Below, in pieces: positions 19,682-32,565 of a DNA stretch of 64,000 bases. Below the pieces are notes generated by a model. That model did not search any database, had not been told where the DNA came from, and saw only the letters and a program-made list of their open reading frames with translations. Each line of letters starts with the position of its first letter. Position 1 is the stretch's first letter. This DNA comes from Candidatus Terraquivivens tengchongensis. GTDB taxonomy: Archaea; Thermoproteota; Nitrososphaeria_A; Caldarchaeales; Wolframiiraptoraceae. Location: contig JALNJZ010000002.1 in the NCBI GenBank assembly GCA_023261845.1, positions 96,001 through 160,000 of the forward strand, given 5' to 3'. The translations under genes were made by a program, and so were the position numbers.

Positions 19682-20833
19682 TCATGTCAACCTTATATAA
19701 GATACTCCCTTCAGACCTATCTGCGCAGCGTTATCTGGTAGGGGGGCGTAGCCAGGTACATCGGCGACGTATTTCTGTCCTTTTTGGTATGCCCATGCTA
19801 GGAACTCACGTAGGGCTGCCGCCTTTTCGGGTGAGTTCTCGACATACAGCATAACGTAGCTGAAGCTCACGATGGGGTACGCGTTCGGACTTGGAGGCTC
19901 GAGCTTAATTAATGAAACAGTACTCCAGTCATCAAGGGGGTCTGGCAATTTCAAATGTTCAATAATCGACCTTACTGCCTCCACTACGCTTTCTGTGGAT
20001 GCCTTTACGAAGTTGCCCGCCTTGTTCTGTACCGCAGCATGATTCAGCCCACTCAGCACAGCATACGAGAGTTCTACATAACCTATGCTGTACCGCGTAT
20101 TCTTCACAACTTCAGTGACACCTTCGTTGCCCTTAGCGCCTATGAAGCGTGCCTTTTCAACTTCTTCGTCCGGAAGCTTAAATGATAGGTCCCTCGGAAA
20201 CTTCCCCTTACTAACCTTCTCCAAAAAGTCCGTCCAGATGAACGTCGTTCCGCTCCTGTCCGCCCTGTATACGACGATTATGCCCTTATCCACGTTCTCA
20301 AGTTGCGGATTGAGCTCCACCAATTGGGGATCGTTCCACTTCTTTATGCTCCCATCGAAGATCTTTAGAAGAACCTCCTGCGAGAGCTTAAGCTCGTCCA
20401 AGCCTGGTATGTTGAATATCGCGACAACCGAACCTATAGTTATGGGCATTTGTATGACGCCTCCTCTGACATTCTTCAGTCCCTCCCAATCACTCCTCGT
20501 TAATGGAGCATCGCTGGCCGCGAAATCCACGGCTTGCTCCTTAAGTTTCGCTATTCCCTGCCCGCTGCCTATGCTTTGATAGTCAACGCCGAAAAGACCT
20601 TTTTCTCGCTTGAATTCATAGGCCCATTTCTGCATCAACGGATTAACGAAAGTGGCTCCACCGCCTAAGAGCTTTTCTGGCCACTGGATGGTTGGTGTTG
20701 GGCTAGGAGAGTGCGTAGATGTCGGTGCCGGCTGTTGCCCTCCCAACGTGATCAGGGCCGCTACAGCAACAATCACGACGACCGCGATTATGGTGCCTAA
20801 AACTGCAATCTTTGAGATGCCTTGTTTGTACAC
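19682..20833 (-). CDS. pstS: Phosphate ABC transporter substrate-binding protein
   Basis: N-terminal TM anchor and Pro/Thr linker; GGATF, YQSIGSGQG, DFAASDAPL, RADRSGTT, YPIVSF. Confidence 0.95.
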   Translation of the reverse strand: MYKQGISKIAVLGTIIAVVVIVAVAALITLGGQQPAPTSTHSPSPTPTIQWPEKLLGGGATFVNPLMQKWAYEFKREKGLFGVDYQSIGSGQGIAKLKEQAVDFAASDAPLTRSDWEGLKNVRGGVIQMPITIGSVVAIFNIPGLDELKLSQEVLLKIFDGSIKKWNDPQLVELNPQLENVDKGIIVVYRADRSGTTFIWTDFLEKVSKGKFPRDLSFKLPDEEVEKARFIGAKGNEGVTEVVKNTRYSIGYVELSYAVLSGLNHAAVQNKAGNFVKASTESVVEAVRSIIEHLKLPDPLDDWSTVSLIKLEPPSPNAYPIVSFSYVMLYVENSPEKAAALREFLAWAYQKGQKYVADVPGYAPLPDNAAQIGLKGVSYIRLT

Positions 20834-20942
20834 GTCCTTTTTACCTCAACGGCCAACACAGGTTTTGCCATATATATAGATTATGATCCAAAAATATATT
20901 GAGGTAAAGATATATATAGCGAAATATAGTTGCACCTGTAGT

Positions 20943-21980
20943 ATGGAGCAAGCATACCTCAGAAAAATTCAAATGTCTGGAGGCTCAACATTAATAGTTT
21001 CGCTACCAAAGGAGTGGGTAAGAGCAGTCAATTTGAAAAAGCTTGATGAGGTACTCATGGTGCCGCAACCCGACGGCACGCTCTTCGTTATGCCTTATAA
21101 AAAAGGTGTTGCTAATGAGGCATGTATAGAACCTTCTTCTCAAACCACGGCAGATGAAATCATCAGGGCCTATATATCTTACTACTTGGCGGGTTATGAC
21201 GCCATCAGGATAAAGTTTGAGAGACCGTCGCCCGAGCTTGTTCAAAAGGTCAAAGAAAGCATCAGACGGTGGATTGTTGGTGCAGAGATAGTAGAGGAAT
21301 CTTCGATAGATGTGCTCACAATATGTCTTCCTATACATACAAACCTTCCGTTAAAAAATGCAATCGAAAGGATGGGCAAGATAGCTTCTGCCATGCAAAA
21401 AGAGTCGCTTACGGCATTTATAGAGGGCGATAAGTCTTTGGCACAAGAGATAATTATAAGAGATGACGAAGTTGACAGATTGTACCATTTTGTAGTAAGA
21501 CAACTAAACCTAGCAATTTCCAACCCACTTACGCACCTCTCTTTAGGACTTTCCAGCAGACAAGACTGTCTTGGATACATGCTTGTTGCCAAGAGTATAG
21601 AGAGGGCAGCGGATCATGCGTTGGCTATAGCAGAATCGGTAGGCACCTTAAAAATTAACAATTCCAACATTATGGAGACTATCGAAAATATTGGTAAACT
21701 TTCCAATGAGTTATTTGAAGACGCCCTTTCAGCCCTATTGAAAGGGGATACTAAGCTTGCGAACGATGTTATAGTTAGGACCTATGACTTAGTGAAGAAA
21801 ATAGAGGACATCGAGGTACGGTTGTTATATCCAAAGTACAACGTGCCGTTCGTGATTCTAATAAGGTCGGTACTCAGCAACGTGAAAAGAATATCAGAGT
21901 ATAGTGCGGACATTTCTGAGGTAGCAGTTAACATATCCGTCACGAAGCCTAGGGTAACAATCGACTCCATTTCACACTAG
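20943..21980 (+). CDS. Archaeal phosphate uptake regulator (AbrB/SpoVT N-domain plus tandem PhoU domains)
   Basis: RKIQMSGGSTLIVSLPKEW, RDDEVDRLY, IERAADHA; divergent from pstS. Confidence 0.9.
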   Translation: MEQAYLRKIQMSGGSTLIVSLPKEWVRAVNLKKLDEVLMVPQPDGTLFVMPYKKGVANEACIEPSSQTTADEIIRAYISYYLAGYDAIRIKFERPSPELVQKVKESIRRWIVGAEIVEESSIDVLTICLPIHTNLPLKNAIERMGKIASAMQKESLTAFIEGDKSLAQEIIIRDDEVDRLYHFVVRQLNLAISNPLTHLSLGLSSRQDCLGYMLVAKSIERAADHALAIAESVGTLKINNSNIMETIENIGKLSNELFEDALSALLKGDTKLANDVIVRTYDLVKKIEDIEVRLLYPKYNVPFVILIRSVLSNVKRISEYSADISEVAVNISVTKPRVTIDSISH

Positions 21981-22837
21981 ACTTCTGCAACGACTCTGTT
22001 TCTGATGGTTCCTATGTTCTCTATCGATACCTCGACGACATCCCCGACTGATAACAGCTTAGGCTCGGGCTTCATGAAATATCCAACACCAGCCGGTGTG
22101 CCCGTTGATATCATATCGCCCGGCTCAAGGGTCATGACCATGCTCATAGAGGACACTATCCGAGGTATCTTAAACACCATGTTGTTAGTTGACGAGTTTT
22201 GCCTTAACTCGTTGTTCACTTTTGTGAATATCTTAAGCCTATGTGGGTCAGGGATTTCGTCTTTAGTTACAATCCAAGGGCCGCACGGAGCAAAAGTGTC
22301 AAAGCTTTTTCCGCGAGTCCATTGCTTATCGCCAAACTGTATATCTCTCGCTGAAACATCGTTCATTATAGTATAGCCGAAGACATATTCTATCGCATCT
22401 TCTTCACGAATATTCTTGCCACGTTTGCCTATGATGATGACCAACTCGCCCTCGTAGTCAAGCTGCTTAACAATCTTCGGGTAAACAATATCATCGTACG
22501 GTCCTGTAAGGCTAGTCCTTGGCTTAAAGAATATTATTGGCTCAGCAGGTGGTTTTACGCCCTGTTCTTCGGCATGGTCGATGTAGTTTAAACCTAAGCA
22601 GATAATCTTGCCCGGTTTTAAAATTGGTGGTAGAAGATGGAATTTATCCAAAGGCTCGGCATATCTTTGAAATCTTTGCAGATCCTTTCTAAGCACCTCC
22701 ATAAATGCTCTTTCAGCTATGAAATCGATGATGTCATCCGGAAGTTTGGTACCTGTTGTAACCCTTCTCACAAGCTTGCCGTCTAAAACTATGCCATAAT
22801 CTACTTCGTCACCTATCTTGTAACTTGCAATTTTCAT
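21977..22837 (-). CDS. Fumarylacetoacetate hydrolase family protein
   Basis: KIICLGLNY..H, DYEGEL, NDVSARD, KSFDTF, TGTPAGVG. Confidence 0.93.
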   Translation of the reverse strand: MKIASYKIGDEVDYGIVLDGKLVRRVTTGTKLPDDIIDFIAERAFMEVLRKDLQRFQRYAEPLDKFHLLPPILKPGKIICLGLNYIDHAEEQGVKPPAEPIIFFKPRTSLTGPYDDIVYPKIVKQLDYEGELVIIIGKRGKNIREEDAIEYVFGYTIMNDVSARDIQFGDKQWTRGKSFDTFAPCGPWIVTKDEIPDPHRLKIFTKVNNELRQNSSTNNMVFKIPRIVSSMSMVMTLEPGDMISTGTPAGVGYFMKPEPKLLSVGDVVEVSIENIGTIRNRVVAEV

Positions 22838-22869
22838 GAATTTAACACCGTGACCTAAGATTAAAACAG

Positions 22870-25787
<2,918 letters not shown>

Positions 25788-25818
25788 CCAACTTAACCTC
25801 AAAACTCTTAAAATACAA

Positions 25819-26529
25819 TTATGCTCTTAAAAACTTTTTGAAATTTTCCGCCACTACTTCTTCAATAACTTCCTTGCTCATGTTTTTTACTTCAGCTATT
25901 ATGTTCAGTGAGCTCTCTACCATCGGTGGCTCGAGCTTCACGCCCCTATATACATATGGACCATCGCTCTCCGTTAATACCGAGCGCACGTCTACTGCCT
26001 TGGCAACTTCCTTATGCCTCTTTTGAATAGCACACATTGGGTTTATCGATACAAAATAACCGACAGACGATATCTTTTCCAACAAATCCAGCGGACCAGT
26101 ATACCAGTGGAAAAGCGCTCTAGGTACGTCATTTTTTAGGAGTATGTCTAAAGCTTTCTGCCAAGCGTCAAGACAGTGCAAGTTCATCGGTAGTGAATAC
26201 TCGTATGCTAGCTTAGTAAAAGTATCAAAGACTTCAAGCTGTCTCTCAAAAGAATCTCTGGCATAACGTCTATCAAGACCGACCTCACCGATGCATTTGA
26301 CATCATGTCTACTAATTAACGTGCAAACGTTTCTAACTTCTTCGTCATTAACTTTTGAAAGCTTCCAAGGATGAACTCCTACAGAGGGGAACACATTATC
26401 GAATTTTTCGCCTAACCTTAGCGCTTCCAAACTCGTATGGTAATCTTCTGCGACAACGATTATGGCTATCGTTCTAAACTTTTCTGGTTTTTCAAACTCG
26501 TAAAGATGAGCATGAGCGTCCACTAACAA
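25819..26529 (-). CDS. tatD: TatD-family hydrolase
   Basis: DAHAHL, GVHPW, IGEVGLD, LHC, FHWY, TESDGPY. Confidence 0.92.
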   Translation of the reverse strand: MLVDAHAHLYEFEKPEKFRTIAIIVVAEDYHTSLEALRLGEKFDNVFPSVGVHPWKLSKVNDEEVRNVCTLISRHDVKCIGEVGLDRRYARDSFERQLEVFDTFTKLAYEYSLPMNLHCLDAWQKALDILLKNDVPRALFHWYTGPLDLLEKISSVGYFVSINPMCAIQKRHKEVAKAVDVRSVLTESDGPYVYRGVKLEPPMVESSLNIIAEVKNMSKEVIEEVVAENFKKFLRA

Positions 26530-26600
26530 TTTTTTCTCGACAAGTCTTCACAATAAACCTGTATTTATATTATTGCAGTCAATGTTTTATTGTGAAAGCC

Positions 26601-27197
26601 TCAACGGTAGGATAATGGTTCGTTCAAGTCTTCGATAATTTTTTCATTCTTTAATCTTTGAGCTGCAACTTCGCTAGCTTCCATCAGTATTTTTCTAACT
26701 TCTTCATCATTAACAGTCGGCTCAACGATCGTATCGCTAACGGTTCCTATGCCGTATATGGCGTCCTCTACTGCTTCCTCTACCTCGCGTATGCTCCTCG
26801 AAGCATTTGGCAATATTCCTGAGAGCTGACCCTTAAGCTCGTCAAGCACGCCCTTGATCGGCGATATGGCCTCACGGAGCTCAGCTACATCGTTAATCGT
26901 CTGAAGCCTATTAATCAGCCCCTCGATAGAAAACTGGCTCTTCATAACAGTGCTCATCGTTTTTCTCATGTTTGATAGTTCATTTGCGTACACTATTGCC
27001 TTATCTTTTTCACTACTCATTAAAGCCTTAACACACGCCTCAAACAGTTCTCTACTCCTAGCTGAGTATTGATTTTGCCTCTGCCGGATTCTCTCGCTTA
27101 TTAGCGTAAGTTTCGTAGTAACCTCATTTAGCTTATCCCTTAGGGGTTTTGGGGGAGATTGTGGTTTTTTACGTCTGAACAAATTAATCAAGTTCAC
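26601..27197 (-). CDS. ESCRT-III / Snf7-domain protein (CdvB paralog)
   Basis: LFEACVKA...KAIVYANEL..MRK...IE....RLQTI and EEVRKILMEASEVA match archaeal CdvB-like proteins; basic amphipathic N-terminus. Confidence 0.82.
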   Translation of the reverse strand: MNLINLFRRKKPQSPPKPLRDKLNEVTTKLTLISERIRQRQNQYSARSRELFEACVKALMSSEKDKAIVYANELSNMRKTMSTVMKSQFSIEGLINRLQTINDVAELREAISPIKGVLDELKGQLSGILPNASRSIREVEEAVEDAIYGIGTVSDTIVEPTVNDEEVRKILMEASEVAAQRLKNEKIIEDLNEPLSYR

Positions 27198-27289
27198 GGA
27201 CGCTTATGTTTTAATGCGAGATTTAACGGTTTGCACGTCATCCACTATACATCTTATTCATGAATATACGCTAAGAATTCACAGATATT

Positions 27290-28660
27290 CTAATGCCGCA
27301 TCTTATCTAATATCCGTCTCACTACCTTCCAAACGCCGGAACCATACTGAACCGCTAATTTTGGTGCGTTGACAACTTCATCGGGCATGCCAAGTAGCTT
27401 AGCTGCAACTCTCAAGATATGCTTCCGCGAATAACCCGTAACTTCTCTCTTGAGTTTTTCTTCGACGGGTATTCTGAAGGCACATTTAACGACTGTAGTA
27501 TCAAGATACGGATAGGCCGGTTCAATGGAGTTCGCAAGATATACGTTATAATCACGTTCTAAATTCTTTTCATGTAAATGTGAAAAGTCTTTCAATAATT
27601 CGCCCTTAAGAAGCTCATAGCCACCCATTTCTAATGTCCTTTCGTACCTTTTATAGCCTGCGAATATTTCATCAGCACCTTGGCCTACTAAAACATAACT
27701 CAACTTCACCTCTTTAGCTTTGTTTAAAGCAAAGTACAACGGCATGCTAATAGAAACATCAAGCGGGTTACATCTCTCTATAATCTGGGCGATATGCGGT
27801 AACGTTTCTTCAATCTCTTTCTCATTTAATTCGCGTATGTTGATGCGCAACCCAAGCAACTCAGCAATCCTTTTAGCTCTTAAAACGTCCTTGGATGCTA
27901 AAAGACCGGCGCATAGAAGCTCAGGCTCCGCACCTAAATCATCCAATAACTTTGCTATGATAGAGCTATCGAGCCCACCCGAAAACAGGACACCTATGTC
28001 TTTTCTCTTTGTCAGTTTTACGAGTGCACACCTTAATGTTTCCAACAAAATTGATGCAATTTCCTGAGACGATCCAGTGAAGGGTTGAAGTGTTTGAAGC
28101 TCTTCTAAGAGACTGTAAACCTCAAATTCCAGTAAACCATCTTCATCTATAATGGCAACGTGGCATGGTTTAAGCGACTTGACCTCCCGAAAGCCCGCTG
28201 CTAGTAGCACCTTCTGTTCGCTTGCAAAAGCATAACCTCTGCTATCCGATGCAATATAAAGCGGCCTAGTCCCTATAGGATCTCTCATTAGTACGATGTT
28301 TCCATCATATATTATCGCAAACGCGTAACTTCCATCCAAATTTTTCATTTTGCTTATGTCCTGAGCGTTTATCAAGGTGAAGAGCTTTGCGATTTTATGA
28401 GAATCTTCAAGGTTGTATATTTCTCCGTCAAGCGCTATGACAGAACCTTGAAAAATTGATAGTTTGTTTGAACACAAGCAGGTCTTTCCCTTCAGCGCTA
28501 ATTGGTTTAGCCCCTCAATTCCTTTTACATGAAAGAGTTCACCATCCATCCATAAGCTTAGGTTCGACCATTGATAACAACTTGCACTCAACATCCTTAA
28601 GATTATCTTTAAAACATCAACATCCTTTTTGCTCACAAAACCCACAAAAGGGTTAAGCAA
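27290..28660 (-). CDS. Asparagine synthetase B-like protein
   Basis: DGEIYN, LDGSYAF, RDPIGTRPL, FASE, PP-loop FSGGLDSS, GQGADEIFAGY. Confidence 0.85.
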   Translation of the reverse strand: MLNPFVGFVSKKDVDVLKIILRMLSASCYQWSNLSLWMDGELFHVKGIEGLNQLALKGKTCLCSNKLSIFQGSVIALDGEIYNLEDSHKIAKLFTLINAQDISKMKNLDGSYAFAIIYDGNIVLMRDPIGTRPLYIASDSRGYAFASEQKVLLAAGFREVKSLKPCHVAIIDEDGLLEFEVYSLLEELQTLQPFTGSSQEIASILLETLRCALVKLTKRKDIGVLFSGGLDSSIIAKLLDDLGAEPELLCAGLLASKDVLRAKRIAELLGLRINIRELNEKEIEETLPHIAQIIERCNPLDVSISMPLYFALNKAKEVKLSYVLVGQGADEIFAGYKRYERTLEMGGYELLKGELLKDFSHLHEKNLERDYNVYLANSIEPAYPYLDTTVVKCAFRIPVEEKLKREVTGYSRKHILRVAAKLLGMPDEVVNAPKLAVQYGSGVWKVVRRILDKMRH

Positions 28661-28699
28661 ACATCATTCCCTCCAAAACATGGCCTTTATCACTTGCAG

Positions 28700-29107
28700 T
28701 TAATAGATACCTATGACACCGAGTGTTTGGTACCTTCTAAGAAACTCTATGACAAACGATCTATATGTATAATAACCTTCAGCTGATTTGTGTATGCTGG
28801 ATAAACCTAATACTAACCTGAATGCCTCTGCCTCGTTCTTCTCGCCCTTAATTATATAAACTCCCTCTCCTAACTCTTTCCGCTTGATGAAAATTAGCGG
28901 AAGGGAAACATCAAACCCTTTAGGAAGGTTTTTCTTGAATTCTTCCAATTCCCGTTTGTCAAAATAATGCATCGTCCCACCTACAGTCCTGACGCAAGGC
29001 TCATCTAAGCTCAAAAGAACACTAAGAGGAACGGTATAGGCGGGCAACGTCATGTTGATCATCTTGAGTTCATGCTTAAGCCATTCGTCTAATTCATTAG
29101 GGAACAT
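28700..29107 (-). CDS. DUF61-family archaeal protein
   Basis: EL..IN..LP....PL..LL..DEP...T..G..HYFDKREL pattern. Confidence 0.65.
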   Translation of the reverse strand: MFPNELDEWLKHELKMINMTLPAYTVPLSVLLSLDEPCVRTVGGTMHYFDKRELEEFKKNLPKGFDVSLPLIFIKRKELGEGVYIIKGEKNEAEAFRLVLGLSSIHKSAEGYYTYRSFVIEFLRRYQTLGVIGIY

Positions 29108-29163
29108 GTGCTTATATGTTTAGTTTGTGTCGCTTGTTATAAGCTTATTACATAACATGTTAG

Positions 29164-29237
29164 TGGGGCCGCTGGGATTCGAACCCAGGACCTCGCGGGC
29201 CCGAGCCGCGAATCATACCATGCTAGACTACGGCCCC
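29164..29237 (-). tRNA. tRNA-Pro(CGG), intronless, CCA not encoded
   Basis: Reverse complement GGGGCCG acceptor, anticodon arm CGCGG-CT CGG GC-CCGCG, T-arm CTGGG-TTCGAAT-CCCAG, CGGCCCC-A. Confidence 0.95.
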
Positions 29238-29282
29238 TTACCAACACGATCAGCTTACCAAAAGTTAAGCTTTCTGCCAGAT

Positions 29283-29789
29283 TTAGACCTTGAGTGTAAA
29301 GCATGTATACGTTGACGTAAGGTTAACCTCAGTAAGTAGCCAAAGCCTTTTGAAGACCCTCTCAAAATATTCTTCCCTTGCTTCTTCCCTAACAGAAATC
29401 ACAACATCATACATGCCAAAGAGTTGATGCGCCTCCGTTACATCTTCTATACTTTTTAAGAAAGTATCCCAGAGCCTTGGTGCTGCTGGTCTCCTTAATT
29501 TTATAAATATATAGGCGCATTTCTTTATCTTATCAACATCTTTTACTTCAAACGTCAGCCCGCCCTCTTCATTAACTATTAGCGTGTTAGTATCAATGAC
29601 CTCGCTATCATGAAGCAAATCTAACACAGTGTTCAGCTGACCTAATGAAGAAACCTCTACCTTGCAAAGCATATCATAAGGTCCCCATATCAAATAGGCC
29701 TCCTTCACGAGACCCGAATCCCTTATTGCCTTTAAGCTGTCTATAAGTGCGCTTCTCGTGCTTACGGACCCCAAAATGAATGCTTTCAT
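29283..29789 (-). CDS. Tandem Lrp/AsnC ligand-binding (RAM) domain protein without HTH
   Basis: Two repeats: KAFIL...EAYLIWGPYDML...T.TL and AYIFI...EAHQLFGMYDVV...TYT. Confidence 0.75.
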   Translation of the reverse strand: MKAFILGSVSTRSALIDSLKAIRDSGLVKEAYLIWGPYDMLCKVEVSSLGQLNTVLDLLHDSEVIDTNTLIVNEEGGLTFEVKDVDKIKKCAYIFIKLRRPAAPRLWDTFLKSIEDVTEAHQLFGMYDVVISVREEAREEYFERVFKRLWLLTEVNLTSTYTCFTLKV

Positions 29790-29881
29790 GATAATTTATG
29801 ATTATGAAGTATTATTTAATCTTCGCCTAATTAATGCGCCCCTATAATCTTATTAATTACGTATATTAATATCAATATTTT

Positions 29882-30343
29882 GTGGAAAAGGAAGAGCGCT
29901 CCCTTCACGAAACTCTATACATAGAGACTACGCCAAGGGAACATGCAGAAATGTATCTTAAGGCTATAAAACTTCTAAATGAGTTTGGTGAAGACCCTGT
30001 AAGGGTAGTAAGCTTGGCGAAAAAGCTCGGGGTTGCGTCATCGAGTGTAGTTCAGATGTTGTCAAAGCTTGAACATGAAGGATACGTGTCTTACGAAAGA
30101 AGGTCCGGGGTTAAGCTGACCAAGTTGGGCGATGGTGTTGCGACTAAGATTTTAAGAAATGCTAGGCTACTCGAAGTCTTGATGGAGAAACACCTTGGAA
30201 TAGTGGCTGACGAAAGAGTAGTATGCGGTGTGGAACATCACATGACAGAGAAACTGGCCGAAGCCTTATGCAAGTTCTTAAATCATCCAAGGAAATGTCC
30301 TCACGGCATCGATATACCGCCAGGAAAATGTTGCAAAGTTTAA
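29882..30343 (+). CDS. DtxR/MntR-family metal-dependent repressor
   Basis: EMYLKAI, LAKKLGV..SSV.QML.KL, RLLE, CGVEHH, CPHG. Confidence 0.9.
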   Translation: MEKEERSLHETLYIETTPREHAEMYLKAIKLLNEFGEDPVRVVSLAKKLGVASSSVVQMLSKLEHEGYVSYERRSGVKLTKLGDGVATKILRNARLLEVLMEKHLGIVADERVVCGVEHHMTEKLAEALCKFLNHPRKCPHGIDIPPGKCCKV

Positions 30344-30400
30344 ACAAAGAGCAGTAATATCTTAACCGTAGATAAGTTTGAGATAGTCGTTAAATTGTGA

Positions 30401-31165
30401 CTATGCGGTCTCTATCCTAGGAGCTACTAGGTAGCCTAGCTTTCCTGATGGAATAGGGAAGCTAAATCTGATAGGTTTATTTGTCGAGAGCTCAATAGTA
30501 AGCTCTTCAGAGAGTGTTTTGGCGGCTTTAATGATTTTCTCGACATAATTTATGCTGAAATTAGCCCATACCTCTTTATCAGCCTTTACCTCGTATACAG
30601 CAGCGCCGGTCTTGCTCAATTTTATTTGAACTGCTCCAACTTCGCCTTTGGCAGAAAGTATGACAGCATCAGGACTTATAGTGAACTTAACATAATCGCT
30701 TACTAAACTACTGTCCTCTATCGCATCAGCCAGCGCATCCGTGTTAATTCTTGCAGCTGCCTCGAAGGTAAGATTTGGAACGGCCGTTCTGGAGATTACT
30801 GGTTCCAAGGCATTGATGGTGAAGCTTCTCTCTTTCGAGCTAGCAACATCGCTCAGTATAATCGTTAGTTTCTTTTTGTCACTCTCGTACGCTATCGTTA
30901 TACTTTCGCTTTTCTTACCCCTCTTCAAGAATTTTAAAAGCTCAGTTATGCTAACGGTTATGTTCATGGGCTCTGAGCATACGTACTCTTCGGCCGCACT
31001 CTTATCCAATTCAAAGTCAACTAGCGATATGTGCGCAGGGTCCATCGATACCATCTTTATGGAGTTCTCATCTACTACAAACGTCCCCTCCTCGACGACT
31101 GCAGATATCGCCTTGATAAGGTCCGCGAAGTACTCTGCGTTGGGCAAACGCATTCTAAACGACAT
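30401..31165 (-). CDS. pcn: DNA polymerase sliding clamp PCNA
   Basis: MDPAHISLVDF, NFSINY, C-terminal YLVAPRIE. Confidence 0.95.
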   Translation of the reverse strand: MSFRMRLPNAEYFADLIKAISAVVEEGTFVVDENSIKMVSMDPAHISLVDFELDKSAAEEYVCSEPMNITVSITELLKFLKRGKKSESITIAYESDKKKLTIILSDVASSKERSFTINALEPVISRTAVPNLTFEAAARINTDALADAIEDSSLVSDYVKFTISPDAVILSAKGEVGAVQIKLSKTGAAVYEVKADKEVWANFSINYVEKIIKAAKTLSEELTIELSTNKPIRFSFPIPSGKLGYLVAPRIETA

Positions 31166-31336
31166 CAAATAAATTCAATATGTTGTTATGTATAAGGATT
31201 TCTTGCAGTTCAAAGTTTAAGCATTATGTACATAATACTGGCGGAAAAAGTATGGGGTACGTTTTCTTCAAAACGATTGACTCCAAAAAGCTGATGGTTG
31301 CAAAAGATTTAAATCAAAAAATCTTTTTCAAAACCT

Positions 31337-32410
31337 ATGAAGCAGATGAACAAACAGCACCATCTTCATGAACCCATTAAACCCATCAGACTTGATGAGA
31401 ACATTAATCTTGTGGGTTTAGTCGAACAATTCAGATACACGTCTTACCAAAGTAGGAATCTTTACAACGCTTTTCATGTGATGGAGCTTATGCAAACGGA
31501 CCCAGATAGACCAATAATCTTTTTGACACTTGCGGGCGCGATGATTCCAGCTGGCATGAAGGGCGTGCTGAACGAGATGATGAAGAGAAAGATGGTGGAC
31601 GTAATAATATCAACCGGTGCGAACGTAACGCATGATGTGGTCGAGAGTCTCGGCTTTCCCCACTATAAAGGGTCACCGTATGCTGATGACGAAGAGTTAA
31701 GAAAAGCTGGGATATGTAGGATTTATGACACGTTCCTTCAGGAGGATGGTTTTTGGAAGGAAGAGGAAGTCGTCCTTAAAGTTGCGGATAGAATCGGAGA
31801 TAAAACTTGTTCCAGTCGAGAATTTATTTACGAACTTGGAAAGGAACTCAGAAACCATGAGTCGTTTGTAGGCTTAGCGGCGGAGCTTGGTGTACCCATA
31901 TTCTGCCCAGCGTTAAATGATAGCGATATAGGCATAGCACTCACAAAATACTACGAACAAAAACGTGGCAAAGATAGATGCAGGATAGACCCTATCAGAG
32001 ACAACTATGAAATATTTCAAATATTCGTAAAAGCAAAGAAGACTGGTATAATAATAGTCGGTGGGGGAGTTCCGAGAAATTATGGGCAACAAATACCGGT
32101 CATAGCAGAGGTTTTGCTAAAAAAGCCGGCCAGGGTTGACATGAGGCTTGGACACGAATACGGCATACTCATAACGACCGATGACCCAAAGTGGGGTGGA
32201 CTTAGCGGTAGCACATTCTCAGAAGCAATATCATGGGGTAAATATTCAACTGAAGCACGTAAGGCAGAAGTTTATTGTGATGCAACGATAGCTCTTCCAC
32301 TCATAGTAGGCGCTACCATTCAGAAGATCGGCAAGCAGTTGGATGCGAAACCAAGATGTAAATTTATTTGGGAAGGCGATGTACTAAAGGAGATAAAACT
32401 TGAGAAATAA
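31337..32410 (+). CDS. dys: Deoxyhypusine synthase family protein
   Basis: STGANVTHD, RIYD, GGGVPRN, GGLSGST.SEAISWGK (active-site Lys), DATIALP. Confidence 0.9.
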   Translation: MKQMNKQHHLHEPIKPIRLDENINLVGLVEQFRYTSYQSRNLYNAFHVMELMQTDPDRPIIFLTLAGAMIPAGMKGVLNEMMKRKMVDVIISTGANVTHDVVESLGFPHYKGSPYADDEELRKAGICRIYDTFLQEDGFWKEEEVVLKVADRIGDKTCSSREFIYELGKELRNHESFVGLAAELGVPIFCPALNDSDIGIALTKYYEQKRGKDRCRIDPIRDNYEIFQIFVKAKKTGIIIVGGGVPRNYGQQIPVIAEVLLKKPARVDMRLGHEYGILITTDDPKWGGLSGSTFSEAISWGKYSTEARKAEVYCDATIALPLIVGATIQKIGKQLDAKPRCKFIWEGDVLKEIKLEK

Positions 32411-32565
32411 TTGAAGAATGGCCAAGCATTGTAAGGGACGTCTCGGTAATTTTCAGACATTATTGATATAAGTATTATGATAATTCCACAGTATGATGAA
32501 TGATTTTGTGTAGAGTGTTTATGACGAAGGGTTATTACCATCTGCACGATTAAATAACCTGCCTC

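Noticed and set aside
29127-29315. 62-aa ORF over the tRNA, and tRNA-Pro as an integration site
   Set aside because: The ORF is antisense to the tRNA; no integrase and no duplicated tRNA 3' end was noticed in the window.
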